Below the pieces are notes generated by a model. The model was given only the letters and a program-made list of their open reading frames with translations. It had not been told where the DNA came from and did not search any database. The position numbers and the translations under genes are program-made. This document shows positions 7,866-15,958 of a DNA stretch of 20,038 nt, in pieces. Every line of letters begins with the position of its first letter. Position 1 is the first letter of the stretch. This DNA is from a bacterium. Its GTDB lineage: Bacteria > Oederibacteriota > PGYV01 > Palsa-1178. The stretch spans positions 1 through 20,038 of the forward strand of contig JBAXIL010000032.1 in the NCBI GenBank assembly GCA_037138355.1, read 5' to 3'.

Positions 7866-9050
7866 TTATTCTTTCAGGCCGATGTACTTGGCCTGCTCAG
7901 GTTTAGACTTGCCTTCAGCGATATTCTTAAGTTCCCTATAAACATTCTTCAGGTCTTCTAAGAATATCTCTCTGCCGCCGAGTCCATATATATAACTTGC
8001 TAAAGGTACTTTAACGCCAGCATCAAAAAGACCGGCTTTTACTTCTGTTGCCACAGGTCCTGCCTGATTTGACATAGATTCTGCTCTATCAAGAACTGCT
8101 ACTGCTTTGGCTTTAGCCAAAACAGCCGCTATTTCTTCGGCAGGAAAAGGTCTAAATACTCTTATTTTTAACAATCCAGCTTTGATACCTTCTTTTCTGA
8201 GTTCTTCGATTGCTGCCTTTGCCGTGCCAGCAGTTGAACCCATGGCTATCATTATATAATCTGCATCATCGCATTTATATGTTTCGATGAGACCATATTC
8301 TCTTCCAAAGGTCTTTCCAAACTCTTTTCCTACTTCAAGAATTACACGCTTTGCAGCTTTCATGGCTTCGCGCTGTGCTTTTTTATATTCAAAATAATAA
8401 TCAGTTAATACTATTGAGCCTACTGTTATAGGATGGTCAACATCCAAAACATTGTAAGGACCTTTGTATTCGCCAACAAATTTCTGAACTTCTGCATCTG
8501 GATACATTTCCAATCTTTCCATGCCATGACTTATGATAAAGCCGTCGGTTGTGACCATGACAGGTGTGATTACATCTTTATGCTCGGCAATTCTGTTTGC
8601 CTGAAGCATAGAATCGTATGCCTCTTGAGTATTTTCTGAAAATATCTGTATCCAACCCGAATCTCTTTCAGCCATAGTGTCCGAATGGTCGCAATGAATG
8701 TTAATAGGTGCCGATAAAGCGCGGTTAACATCTGCCATAACAATCGGAAGTCTTATGCCTGATGCGATAAAAAGAATTTCATGCATCAAAGCCAAGCCCT
8801 GTGAAGATGTAGCGGTCATAGTTCTTGCACCTGAAGCAGCCGAACCTATGCAAGCACTCATTGCTGAGTGTTCTGATTCCACTGTTATCAAGTTTGTTTT
8901 TACTTTTCCGTCATTTACAAAACCCGCGAAAATCTGCATTATTTCTGTAGCCGGTGTTATCGGATATGCAGCGCAAACATCTGGATTTATCTGACGCATG
9001 GCCTCAGCCATCGCTTCATTTCCGGTTCTTGCAACAATTATTTTTTCCAT
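7866..9050 (-). CDS. porA: pyruvate/2-oxoacid:ferredoxin oxidoreductase alpha subunit
   Basis: TGNEAMA, AAYPITP, VESEHSAMS, TATSSQGL, NRALSAPINIHCDH, FRPFP, GLGGR. Confidence 0.95.
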   Translation of the reverse strand: MEKIIVARTGNEAMAEAMRQINPDVCAAYPITPATEIMQIFAGFVNDGKVKTNLITVESEHSAMSACIGSAASGARTMTATSSQGLALMHEILFIASGIRLPIVMADVNRALSAPINIHCDHSDTMAERDSGWIQIFSENTQEAYDSMLQANRIAEHKDVITPVMVTTDGFIISHGMERLEMYPDAEVQKFVGEYKGPYNVLDVDHPITVGSIVLTDYYFEYKKAQREAMKAAKRVILEVGKEFGKTFGREYGLIETYKCDDADYIMIAMGSTAGTAKAAIEELRKEGIKAGLLKIRVFRPFPAEEIAAVLAKAKAVAVLDRAESMSNQAGPVATEVKAGLFDAGVKVPLASYIYGLGGREIFLEDLKNVYRELKNIAEGKSKPEQAKYIGLKE

Positions 9051-9063
9051 TATATATCCTCCG

Positions 9064-9483
9064 TTACTTTATATTGAATTTGTCTTTGGCTTCTTTTAGC
9101 CCGACAAACAATATTGCAGCCTTCTCGTCAAAACCTGGAACCCCTGTTGCTGTTGATGGGGATACTTTCAGGCTTGCGTCTTTTGCTTTTAAATCTTTTA
9201 ATGCTTTATTATTCTGCGGACATTCTTCAGGACATATTCCACAACCCTTACAAAAATTATAATCAAACTCGCCGCGTTCTTTTCCTTTGGCGCCTTGAAC
9301 TACTTTTATCGCATCATCTGGACAAAATGCCCAGCAAGTCATGCATTGTATACAATTTTCTTTTTTCCAAACAGGAACTTTACTTCTCCAGCCACCTGTA
9401 TGAAAATGTTCGGAAGTACCACTCTCTACTACTCCTCCGATGGTTATATCTTTCCAAGTTTTAAGATTTGGTTTTATTGTCAT
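9064..9483 (-). CDS. porD: POR delta subunit (2x[4Fe-4S] ferredoxin-like)
   Basis: TGGWRS.VP, CIQCMTCWAFCP, CKGCGICPEECP; ATGA overlap with porC. Confidence 0.92.
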   Translation of the reverse strand: MTIKPNLKTWKDITIGGVVESGTSEHFHTGGWRSKVPVWKKENCIQCMTCWAFCPDDAIKVVQGAKGKERGEFDYNFCKGCGICPEECPQNNKALKDLKAKDASLKVSPSTATGVPGFDEKAAILFVGLKEAKDKFNIK

Positions 9484-10064
9484 GATTTCTTTACCTCCTC
9501 ATAGGCCTGCCTGATAGCTTTTAAATTGCCTTCAATAACTTCAGGTTTTGATTTAAATTTTTTCTCGAGTTTTTTCTTTGTGTCTTCCATGAAAGCTTCT
9601 ATAGGAAGAATGTTTGTTGCTCCGATTAATGCGCCTATCATAGGTGTGTTTGGAATAGGTTTGCCAATGTTTGCAAACGCTATTTTGGAGGCGTCTATGG
9701 TAATAATGTTCTTACCATTCCATTTTGTTCTTTCTTTTACTTCTTCTTTCGAATTATCGGTATTGACAATAAGTATTCCTGTCTCTTCCGATAGACCATG
9801 TGTGACATTAACTGTCTCGGTTAAGGTCTCATCTAAAACTAATACCACATCTGGAGCTAAAACTGGCGAATGAATCGTGATTTCTGTTGAAGCGATTCTG
9901 TCAAATGCAGCGACAGGAGCTCCCATTCTTTCTGGTCCGTACTCTGGGAATGCCTGAACGAACTTTCCAGCAGAGATTGCAGCTTCGCCTAAAAGCAGAG
10001 CAGCTGTCTTAGCGCCCTGGCCACCGCGTCCGTGCCATCTGATTTCCATCATATCTTTTGACAT
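9480..10064 (-). CDS. porC: POR gamma subunit
   Basis: EIRWHGRGGQGAKTAA, AFPEYGPERMGAPV, PNTPMIGA. Start moved to ATG 10064 behind AGGAGGTG. Confidence 0.95.
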   Translation of the reverse strand: MSKDMMEIRWHGRGGQGAKTAALLLGEAAISAGKFVQAFPEYGPERMGAPVAAFDRIASTEITIHSPVLAPDVVLVLDETLTETVNVTHGLSEETGILIVNTDNSKEEVKERTKWNGKNIITIDASKIAFANIGKPIPNTPMIGALIGATNILPIEAFMEDTKKKLEKKFKSKPEVIEGNLKAIRQAYEEVKKS

Positions 10065-10240
10065 CAAAAGCACCTCCTAATAGTATGTAAATGCGGAATG
10101 AAATTTCAGACCCTGATTAGGGACATGAATGTTCCGAATTTTGTTGCCTTATTGCGGATTTTCATCCGGGATATAGTATTTGAGCGGGTAAGTGATTTTA
10201 TCACCAAACCTTACAAATATAAAAGCAAGAAATCTTATAC

Positions 10241-10268
10241 ATATTACCCTTGATAGAATAAATGTCAA
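10241..10268 (-). promoter_or_regulatory. putative sigma70 promoter for porCDAB
   Basis: TTGACA (10268..10263) - 16 nt - TAATAT (10246..10241). Confidence 0.55.
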
Positions 10269-10399
10269 GAAATATTTTTGCCATATAAATATAGTCTTTT
10301 AGTGGTATTTAGACTGTGGTGCATTTTTGGTTGGGTAATATCGCTTTATTTAAGGTCAATTCTTGTGATTTTCCAAGATAAATCAATCGCTTTAAGGAC

Positions 10400-11929
10400 C
10401 TACTTAAACAGTTCTGTCCTATCTGTCTTTAGAGGGTCTTTGTAACTCACCCCATACTTCTTACAAATTAAGTTGGCAGAAATCCTTCCTGATTCATATA
10501 TCGTAGGCAAGCCACTGCCAGGATGAGTACCGCCACCTGTCAAATAAACATTATCTACCTCTTCAAACTGATTGCGTGGTCTGAAGTACAACATTTGAGG
10601 AAGATTATGACCTAAGTTAAAGGTAGCCCCAAGAAATACATTGAGCTCCTCATCCCATGTGTCTGGTGTGTATATTTTTTCCACTTCTATGTTTTGTCTT
10701 AAATCTTTCAAACCAGCCCTTGTCTCCATAAGATTTAAGACATTTTCACGAACTTTATCTTTTTCCACTTTCCAATCAATCTTTCCGTTTTTATTTGGTA
10801 CTGGGATTAAAACATATAAAGTTGATTTTCCTTTTGGTGCGAGTGTAGGGTCTGTAAGCGAAGCATTTTGTATGTAGAAAGAAGTGTCTTGGGATAATTT
10901 TAAATTATTAAAAATATTTTTTACATTGGCTTTATAGTCCTTGGCAAAAAACACATTGTGATGTGGTAAGTCGTATTGTTTTTTTACACCCAAATACATA
11001 GTCATAATAGAACAAGAATATTTCCTTTTCAAAAGTTTTGGTTTGGTATATTTTTTAATTAAACCTTTTTCAAACAAGTGCGTCGTGGCATAAGAGAAAT
11101 CTGCATTGATTACAACTTCATCTGCCATGATTTTTTCTCCGTTTTCAAGTTCTACTCCGACCGCCTTCTTGCCAACAGTTAAAATTTGTTTAACAGGGGT
11201 ATTAAGATTAATCTTTCCGCCTTCTTCTTTGATTACATCCGCCATAGCATGAGAAATGCGATTTACGCCGCCTATAGGATGATGTATGCCCCACTTATGC
11301 TCTATATAAGGAATTATAGTAAATGCAGCAGGACATTCCCAAGCAGACATGCCGAGGTATTTGGCCTGAAAAGTAAAAGACAATCTCAAAAATTCGTTTT
11401 TAAAATATCTTGCAAGATTATTATATAATGATCTATCAAGAGCAAGAAAAGGAATTGCTTTTAAAAATGTCGGCCAAAACATATCTTTAAAGCTTGAATA
11501 ATCTTTTTGCAAGCATGGAAACATTTTTTCAAAACGCTCGCCTTCTTCTTTCATAAACCAAGACAGATTTTTTGATTCGCCTGGGAACTTAGCATCCATT
11601 TCTTTAACCATATCCGCCATATTACTTCTATGGGAGAACTCCATTTTGTCAAAAATAAGTCTATACATAGGTTCAATCTGTTTTATGTCAAGATAATCAG
11701 AACTTTTTCTTCCTGTCTCTTCAAACATTTCATCAAGAATAAACTTCATCATAAGAAAAGTAGGACCAGTGTCAAAAGTATAATCGCCAAGTTTTATAGC
11801 AGCGTTTCTGCCACCTACCACAGCTGCTTTCTCATATATGTGAACATCAAAACCACGATGTGCCAAAATCATTCCTGCAGTTAAGCCACCTGGACCTGCT
11901 CCAATTATAACAATTTTTTTCTTTGTCAT
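10400..11929 (-). CDS. crtI: phytoene desaturase-family (CrtI/CrtN) FAD oxidoreductase
   Basis: IIGAGPGGL, EK..VGGRN, FDTGPTFLMM, FTFQAKYLGMS, YLTGGGTHPGSGLPTIYESG. The substrate cannot be determined from sequence. Confidence 0.88.
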   Translation of the reverse strand: MTKKKIVIIGAGPGGLTAGMILAHRGFDVHIYEKAAVVGGRNAAIKLGDYTFDTGPTFLMMKFILDEMFEETGRKSSDYLDIKQIEPMYRLIFDKMEFSHRSNMADMVKEMDAKFPGESKNLSWFMKEEGERFEKMFPCLQKDYSSFKDMFWPTFLKAIPFLALDRSLYNNLARYFKNEFLRLSFTFQAKYLGMSAWECPAAFTIIPYIEHKWGIHHPIGGVNRISHAMADVIKEEGGKINLNTPVKQILTVGKKAVGVELENGEKIMADEVVINADFSYATTHLFEKGLIKKYTKPKLLKRKYSCSIMTMYLGVKKQYDLPHHNVFFAKDYKANVKNIFNNLKLSQDTSFYIQNASLTDPTLAPKGKSTLYVLIPVPNKNGKIDWKVEKDKVRENVLNLMETRAGLKDLRQNIEVEKIYTPDTWDEELNVFLGATFNLGHNLPQMLYFRPRNQFEEVDNVYLTGGGTHPGSGLPTIYESGRISANLICKKYGVSYKDPLKTDRTELFK

Positions 11930-11943
11930 ATCCGCCCCCAGTA

Positions 11944-13287
11944 TTAAACTAATTTCGATTGCTGTTTGACATATTCTTTTATATAAAACTTTATTTCAAG
12001 ACCTTTTGCATTCATATATCGTATCTTACCAAAAACATTTCTTTCTGTCCACGCTCTGTCATGTTTCCCAAAACACCAAGCAATACCAGCGTAACCATTT
12101 GGATCTCTGCCATCTAACTCATACTTATCATTTAAATATATCAGAGTTTTGTATGCTTGTTCTGCTGTTTTACTCCACTCTATAACTTTTTTCCCCCAGT
12201 ACATACGCATATAATTATGCATCTTTCCGGTTATTGTCATTTGTGTTTGAGCGGCATTCCAGTATGGATCATGAGTTTTCGCTTCTTCAAGTTCTTTTAA
12301 ATTATATATATAAGGTCTTGTATCACTCTCGTGATCAGTTATTGTTTGTTTCGCCCATTTTGGCAGGCACGCTATAGAATCGTATGAAGAATTGTAATGA
12401 ACGAAATTAACTGCCAACTCACGCCTTATTATCAATTCTTCAAGGAAGGAACAGTTTATTTTCTCTCCGGATTTTAATACCTCAAGAGCAATATACAAAG
12501 AAGATATCTGTCCAAAATGTAGATAAGGACTCATTTTTGATTCATAATCTAAAGAAGGATCAGAACGAAATTCTGCATATTTTTTAATTTTATTTTTAAT
12601 AAATGACTTAAGCAAGGATTTGGCTTGAGGACTTCCACCTGTAAACCCTATGGCTTTACCTACTGACTTGTCACAACTAAATGAAGCAAGAGCTTTATTA
12701 ATATCACTTAAATCAATTCCCTTTAGCGCTGGTGATTTTGAAAGTAATTTTTCTCTTTTTAGCGGTTTCAAATATGTCAGAAGTTGTCCTGATATTTTTC
12801 TACGGATTGTGGAAGCCGCATAATCTTCCTTTGGCGAAGCAATCTCCACAGGAACTATGACATCGCTTTCTATCTGAATAAGCAAGCAATCAAGAGCTTT
12901 TGCAGCATCTCTACGCCACTGTTTTTGTATTTTAGTATATCCTCTATCAGTTATTACCAAGCATGCCTTATCCGAAGCATTTATTATTCCCTTTACAGGT
13001 TCTTCCTTTTGAATTACAAAACTAATTCCTCTTTTGTTTAAAGCATTTGCAGTTTCTTTAAGGCCTTCGAGCATGAAACTATAATGCCTTAAATTTGCAC
13101 CAGGATACGAAGCAGTCAAGCCGAAATAAACATAAAATGGTTTGTTCAGTTCATTGGCTTTTTGTATGCCATATTCAAGGGCGTGATTAAACTCTTCTCT
13201 TTGAGATGCCTGCATCCAATAAATCACACAACCATTTTTTCTTATTGCTTTATTATTTAAGCTCTTTATTCTTGTGAGCTCAATCAT
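11944..13287 (-). CDS. phrB: class II CPD (deoxyribodipyrimidine) photolyase
   Basis: VIYWMQASQR..FNHAL, SKMSPYLHFGQIS, EELIIRRELAVNF, GKMHNYMRMYWGKK, LDGRDPNGYAGIAWCFGKHDRAW. Start moved to ATG 13287, which overlaps the upstream stop. Confidence 0.93.
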   Translation of the reverse strand: MIELTRIKSLNNKAIRKNGCVIYWMQASQREEFNHALEYGIQKANELNKPFYVYFGLTASYPGANLRHYSFMLEGLKETANALNKRGISFVIQKEEPVKGIINASDKACLVITDRGYTKIQKQWRRDAAKALDCLLIQIESDVIVPVEIASPKEDYAASTIRRKISGQLLTYLKPLKREKLLSKSPALKGIDLSDINKALASFSCDKSVGKAIGFTGGSPQAKSLLKSFIKNKIKKYAEFRSDPSLDYESKMSPYLHFGQISSLYIALEVLKSGEKINCSFLEELIIRRELAVNFVHYNSSYDSIACLPKWAKQTITDHESDTRPYIYNLKELEEAKTHDPYWNAAQTQMTITGKMHNYMRMYWGKKVIEWSKTAEQAYKTLIYLNDKYELDGRDPNGYAGIAWCFGKHDRAWTERNVFGKIRYMNAKGLEIKFYIKEYVKQQSKLV

Positions 13288-14245
13288 GTTTACGCCTATG
13301 ATTTTGTATGATACTTTCTGGATACGGTTCAAAAATTGTTTGTGCTTCAAGATACTTCTCGTCAAACCTGATAATATACGATTTTAAAAGTCCTACGACA
13401 ACAGAGACAGGCATATCTCCTGCCCTGTATTTCTCAAGCACTTCAAGAAAATACTTTTTTTCTTTTGTCGAAAGCTTTTCTGAAAAATAACCAAAAGCAT
13501 GCTGGAAAGTATTAATCATATTTGAAACCTTATATATTTTAGAGAAAAGTAAAAACATATTCTTTTCATATTCTTTTTTAATTTCATTAAAAGGTTTTTT
13601 TAAAGTATTAGCAGCTATGTTTCCCATAATTCTCATATATTTCTGATTATAAGACATAAAAAGCAATTTGTTATTTGCTTGAAACAAAGATAAATCACGC
13701 ATTGATTTTACCTGCCTAAAAGAAGCGCTTGTAAATATTCTTTTTAAAAAATTATCTATAAGTTTGTCATCATTTAATCTGCCTTCATCTTCTATAATTG
13801 TTTCAGAAAATCTACGAAGCACTTCACCACCAAAAAATCCAGAACCCTTACCAGTTAGTGCTGCTGGTTTATCACCCTTTGCAGGATATATTTTCACATC
13901 ATAAGCCCCAGAACTTGGGGACTTGGACTTTAATATAAAACCGTCAACTTCTGGCATATCATCAAGCGTTTGTTTTACCCACTTAGTCATTTTCTCTGTC
14001 AAATCTATGCCTGTGGCGGGCTGTATAAGGCGCAATTGTTTCATTTCCCTATCATCTGCAACGATTCTAAGCGTTTGTCTTGGTATTGGCAAACCTATCT
14101 CAACTTCTGGACAGTGAGTAATCGGAGTGATAAATGGTTTTAATGCCTCAACAAAACCAGATGAAATCATATCGCTATTGTATCTAACAGCGGCAAAGGT
14201 AATACATTTGCTGATATACACTATGGGTTTTGGAAAGTTCTTCAT
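13280..14245 (-). CDS. DUF523 (TudS)-DUF1722 (YbgA) fusion, RudS-like thiouridine desulfidase family
   Basis: ISKC...VRYN, CPEVEIGLPIPR, GFILKSKSPSSG, EDEGRL, HAFGYFS, YLEAQTIFEPYP. ATG 14245 is preferred over TTG 14257. Confidence 0.88.
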   Translation of the reverse strand: MKNFPKPIVYISKCITFAAVRYNSDMISSGFVEALKPFITPITHCPEVEIGLPIPRQTLRIVADDREMKQLRLIQPATGIDLTEKMTKWVKQTLDDMPEVDGFILKSKSPSSGAYDVKIYPAKGDKPAALTGKGSGFFGGEVLRRFSETIIEDEGRLNDDKLIDNFLKRIFTSASFRQVKSMRDLSLFQANNKLLFMSYNQKYMRIMGNIAANTLKKPFNEIKKEYEKNMFLLFSKIYKVSNMINTFQHAFGYFSEKLSTKEKKYFLEVLEKYRAGDMPVSVVVGLLKSYIIRFDEKYLEAQTIFEPYPESIIQNHRRKHD

Positions 14246-14276
14246 AAACACATCCAATATTAATGTATTTACTGGC

Positions 14277-14411
14277 TTATTTTGCCTGTGTGACTGGAGT
14301 TAAAACAACTTTATCGGTTAATACTTTCTTTTTTTCAAACTGCGACATTATCGCGATGAGTAAAACCAAACCGACAAGCACTACCAAAGCGCCTTGAATA
14401 AACTTAGTCAT
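14277..14411 (-). CDS. small 44-aa single-pass membrane protein (not in ORF track)
   Basis: AGGGAG RBS 7 nt before ATG 14411; MTKFIQGALVVLVGLVLLIAIMSQFEKKKVLTDKVVLTPVTQAK*; fills the gap 4 nt after the upstream stop. Confidence 0.7.
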   Translation of the reverse strand: MTKFIQGALVVLVGLVLLIAIMSQFEKKKVLTDKVVLTPVTQAK

Positions 14412-14415
14412 TTGT

Positions 14416-15921
14416 TTACTCCCTTTCTTTATTATTCATTCTTATCTCTGCTGGAATTAAAGTCCTGCCTTTGCAATCTGGGCCTATAACAGGCCATACT
14501 GAGTTCTTTAAAAAATCTGGTTTAAGCTTCAAGTATAATGACTCAGGTAAAGTATCTGACTTTATGCGTTTATCCCAGCTCATTTCTCCATAATCTCTGT
14601 TTTCATGATTTATAATAGTTGTAGCATCCACTCCATCAGAGGTTTCTATACCATAATCACCTTCTACAATTATATTACCTAATAAGTTTTGATTATTTGA
14701 TTTGTCATTGATTTTTACGCCTTCTTTTTCAATTCTGTTTCTAAAAAAAGTATTTCCACCACAAGGGCCCCACCAGTCAGATATCTCGATTTTTTGAACC
14801 GTATTAGATTCAAACAAGTTCATATAGGGATAATGTCCGTGAACAGAAATATCACAAATTGTGGTTTTTGGATCATGGTCACCATTTGCAAAAGGATCTT
14901 TTGAATAGTTATATCCAAAAACATTTCCATTTGCTCCTGTGTGAACCATCATTGAATGTCTTAGGTGAGAAAATCTATTATTCTCCACGAGACAACCACT
15001 GCTTCTTAGTTTCAATTCCACTCCATAACCATGTCCACCGCCACCGTAATCATGAGCATCGTGAAAATAGCTATCTCTGATTTCGCATTTGTATGAGGCT
15101 TCTACTGATACATGAGTACGCATTATGGTGTCGCTTTCAATACCGTTAATATATCCATACGCAGCGTTAAAAAAACTTATCATGTTCCCGTCTCCAGCAT
15201 CCAAACGCTTTATGTAAAGCTTCTCAACTCCGCAGTTTTGTATTAAATCAACAGGTCTTATGCGAACATTTAATTCTTTTTTATAAGTAATGTTTAATGA
15301 CTCTTCTGTAGTAATTATATTTCCAGAAACATCAACGACTTTTAAAAACTGCCCCACAACATTTTTAGCCCAAACCTGCTCCCACAGCGGTTTAGTGTAC
15401 ATAACCGAGCTATCATTGTCCTGAAGTATTTCTACAAATCCACCTTTGACAATGTTTCCTACATTTTCAACGGTAATTTTGTTTGAGTTCTTTTCAAATC
15501 CACTTGTAACTTTGGCAAAATTGCTTTCAACATTTCTTGAAATAGTTATGCAAGAATCGCTTGTATCATTTAAATCAAAAATAATTTTTGTTTTATTTGC
15601 CCCAGCACCGCTTATCCATATATTGTCTTTTTGTATAAACATGGGCGCCTTCATAAGATATGTGCCTTCAGGTATATAGATTAGTCCTCCCTTGTCTGCT
15701 GCTTTAATCGCTTTTATTAAAGCCGCCGAGTCATCTACCACTCCATCACCTATGGCATTAAAATCCTTCTTTATATCAAAAATAGTTTTTGGTTGTATGA
15801 GATTTTTAGGTCTGCCATTATTTGACCAATCAATAATTCTATCTTGTGGAAGCAAAGAGGCAGCAAAAGCAAAAGAAGAGAAAGCAAGCAAGAAAACAAC
15901 TAACAATAAAGTTTTTTCCAT
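14416..15921 (-). CDS. secreted right-handed beta-helix protein (Pectate_lyase_3 / GH28-related superfamily)
   Basis: Signal peptide (ATG 15921 behind GGGAG); DFNAIGDGVVDDSAALIKAI...IYIPEGTY...ISGAG N-terminal motif; Asn-ladder repeats; no CTD. Confidence 0.82.
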   Translation of the reverse strand: MEKTLLLVVFLLAFSSFAFAASLLPQDRIIDWSNNGRPKNLIQPKTIFDIKKDFNAIGDGVVDDSAALIKAIKAADKGGLIYIPEGTYLMKAPMFIQKDNIWISGAGANKTKIIFDLNDTSDSCITISRNVESNFAKVTSGFEKNSNKITVENVGNIVKGGFVEILQDNDSSVMYTKPLWEQVWAKNVVGQFLKVVDVSGNIITTEESLNITYKKELNVRIRPVDLIQNCGVEKLYIKRLDAGDGNMISFFNAAYGYINGIESDTIMRTHVSVEASYKCEIRDSYFHDAHDYGGGGHGYGVELKLRSSGCLVENNRFSHLRHSMMVHTGANGNVFGYNYSKDPFANGDHDPKTTICDISVHGHYPYMNLFESNTVQKIEISDWWGPCGGNTFFRNRIEKEGVKINDKSNNQNLLGNIIVEGDYGIETSDGVDATTIINHENRDYGEMSWDKRIKSDTLPESLYLKLKPDFLKNSVWPVIGPDCKGRTLIPAEIRMNNKERE

Positions 15922-15958
15922 AAGCACCAACTCCCTTTTATTAATCTTAATATAATTA

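Noticed and set aside
10080..10235. TPP riboswitch upstream of the TPP-dependent POR
   Set aside because: Conserved CUGAGA and CCUGAU...AUnCnnGCG elements were not found on the coding strand.
14261..14271. TAAATACATTA shared with 213..223 as a common operator
   Set aside because: An 11-nt AT-rich match is expected by chance among these intergenic regions.
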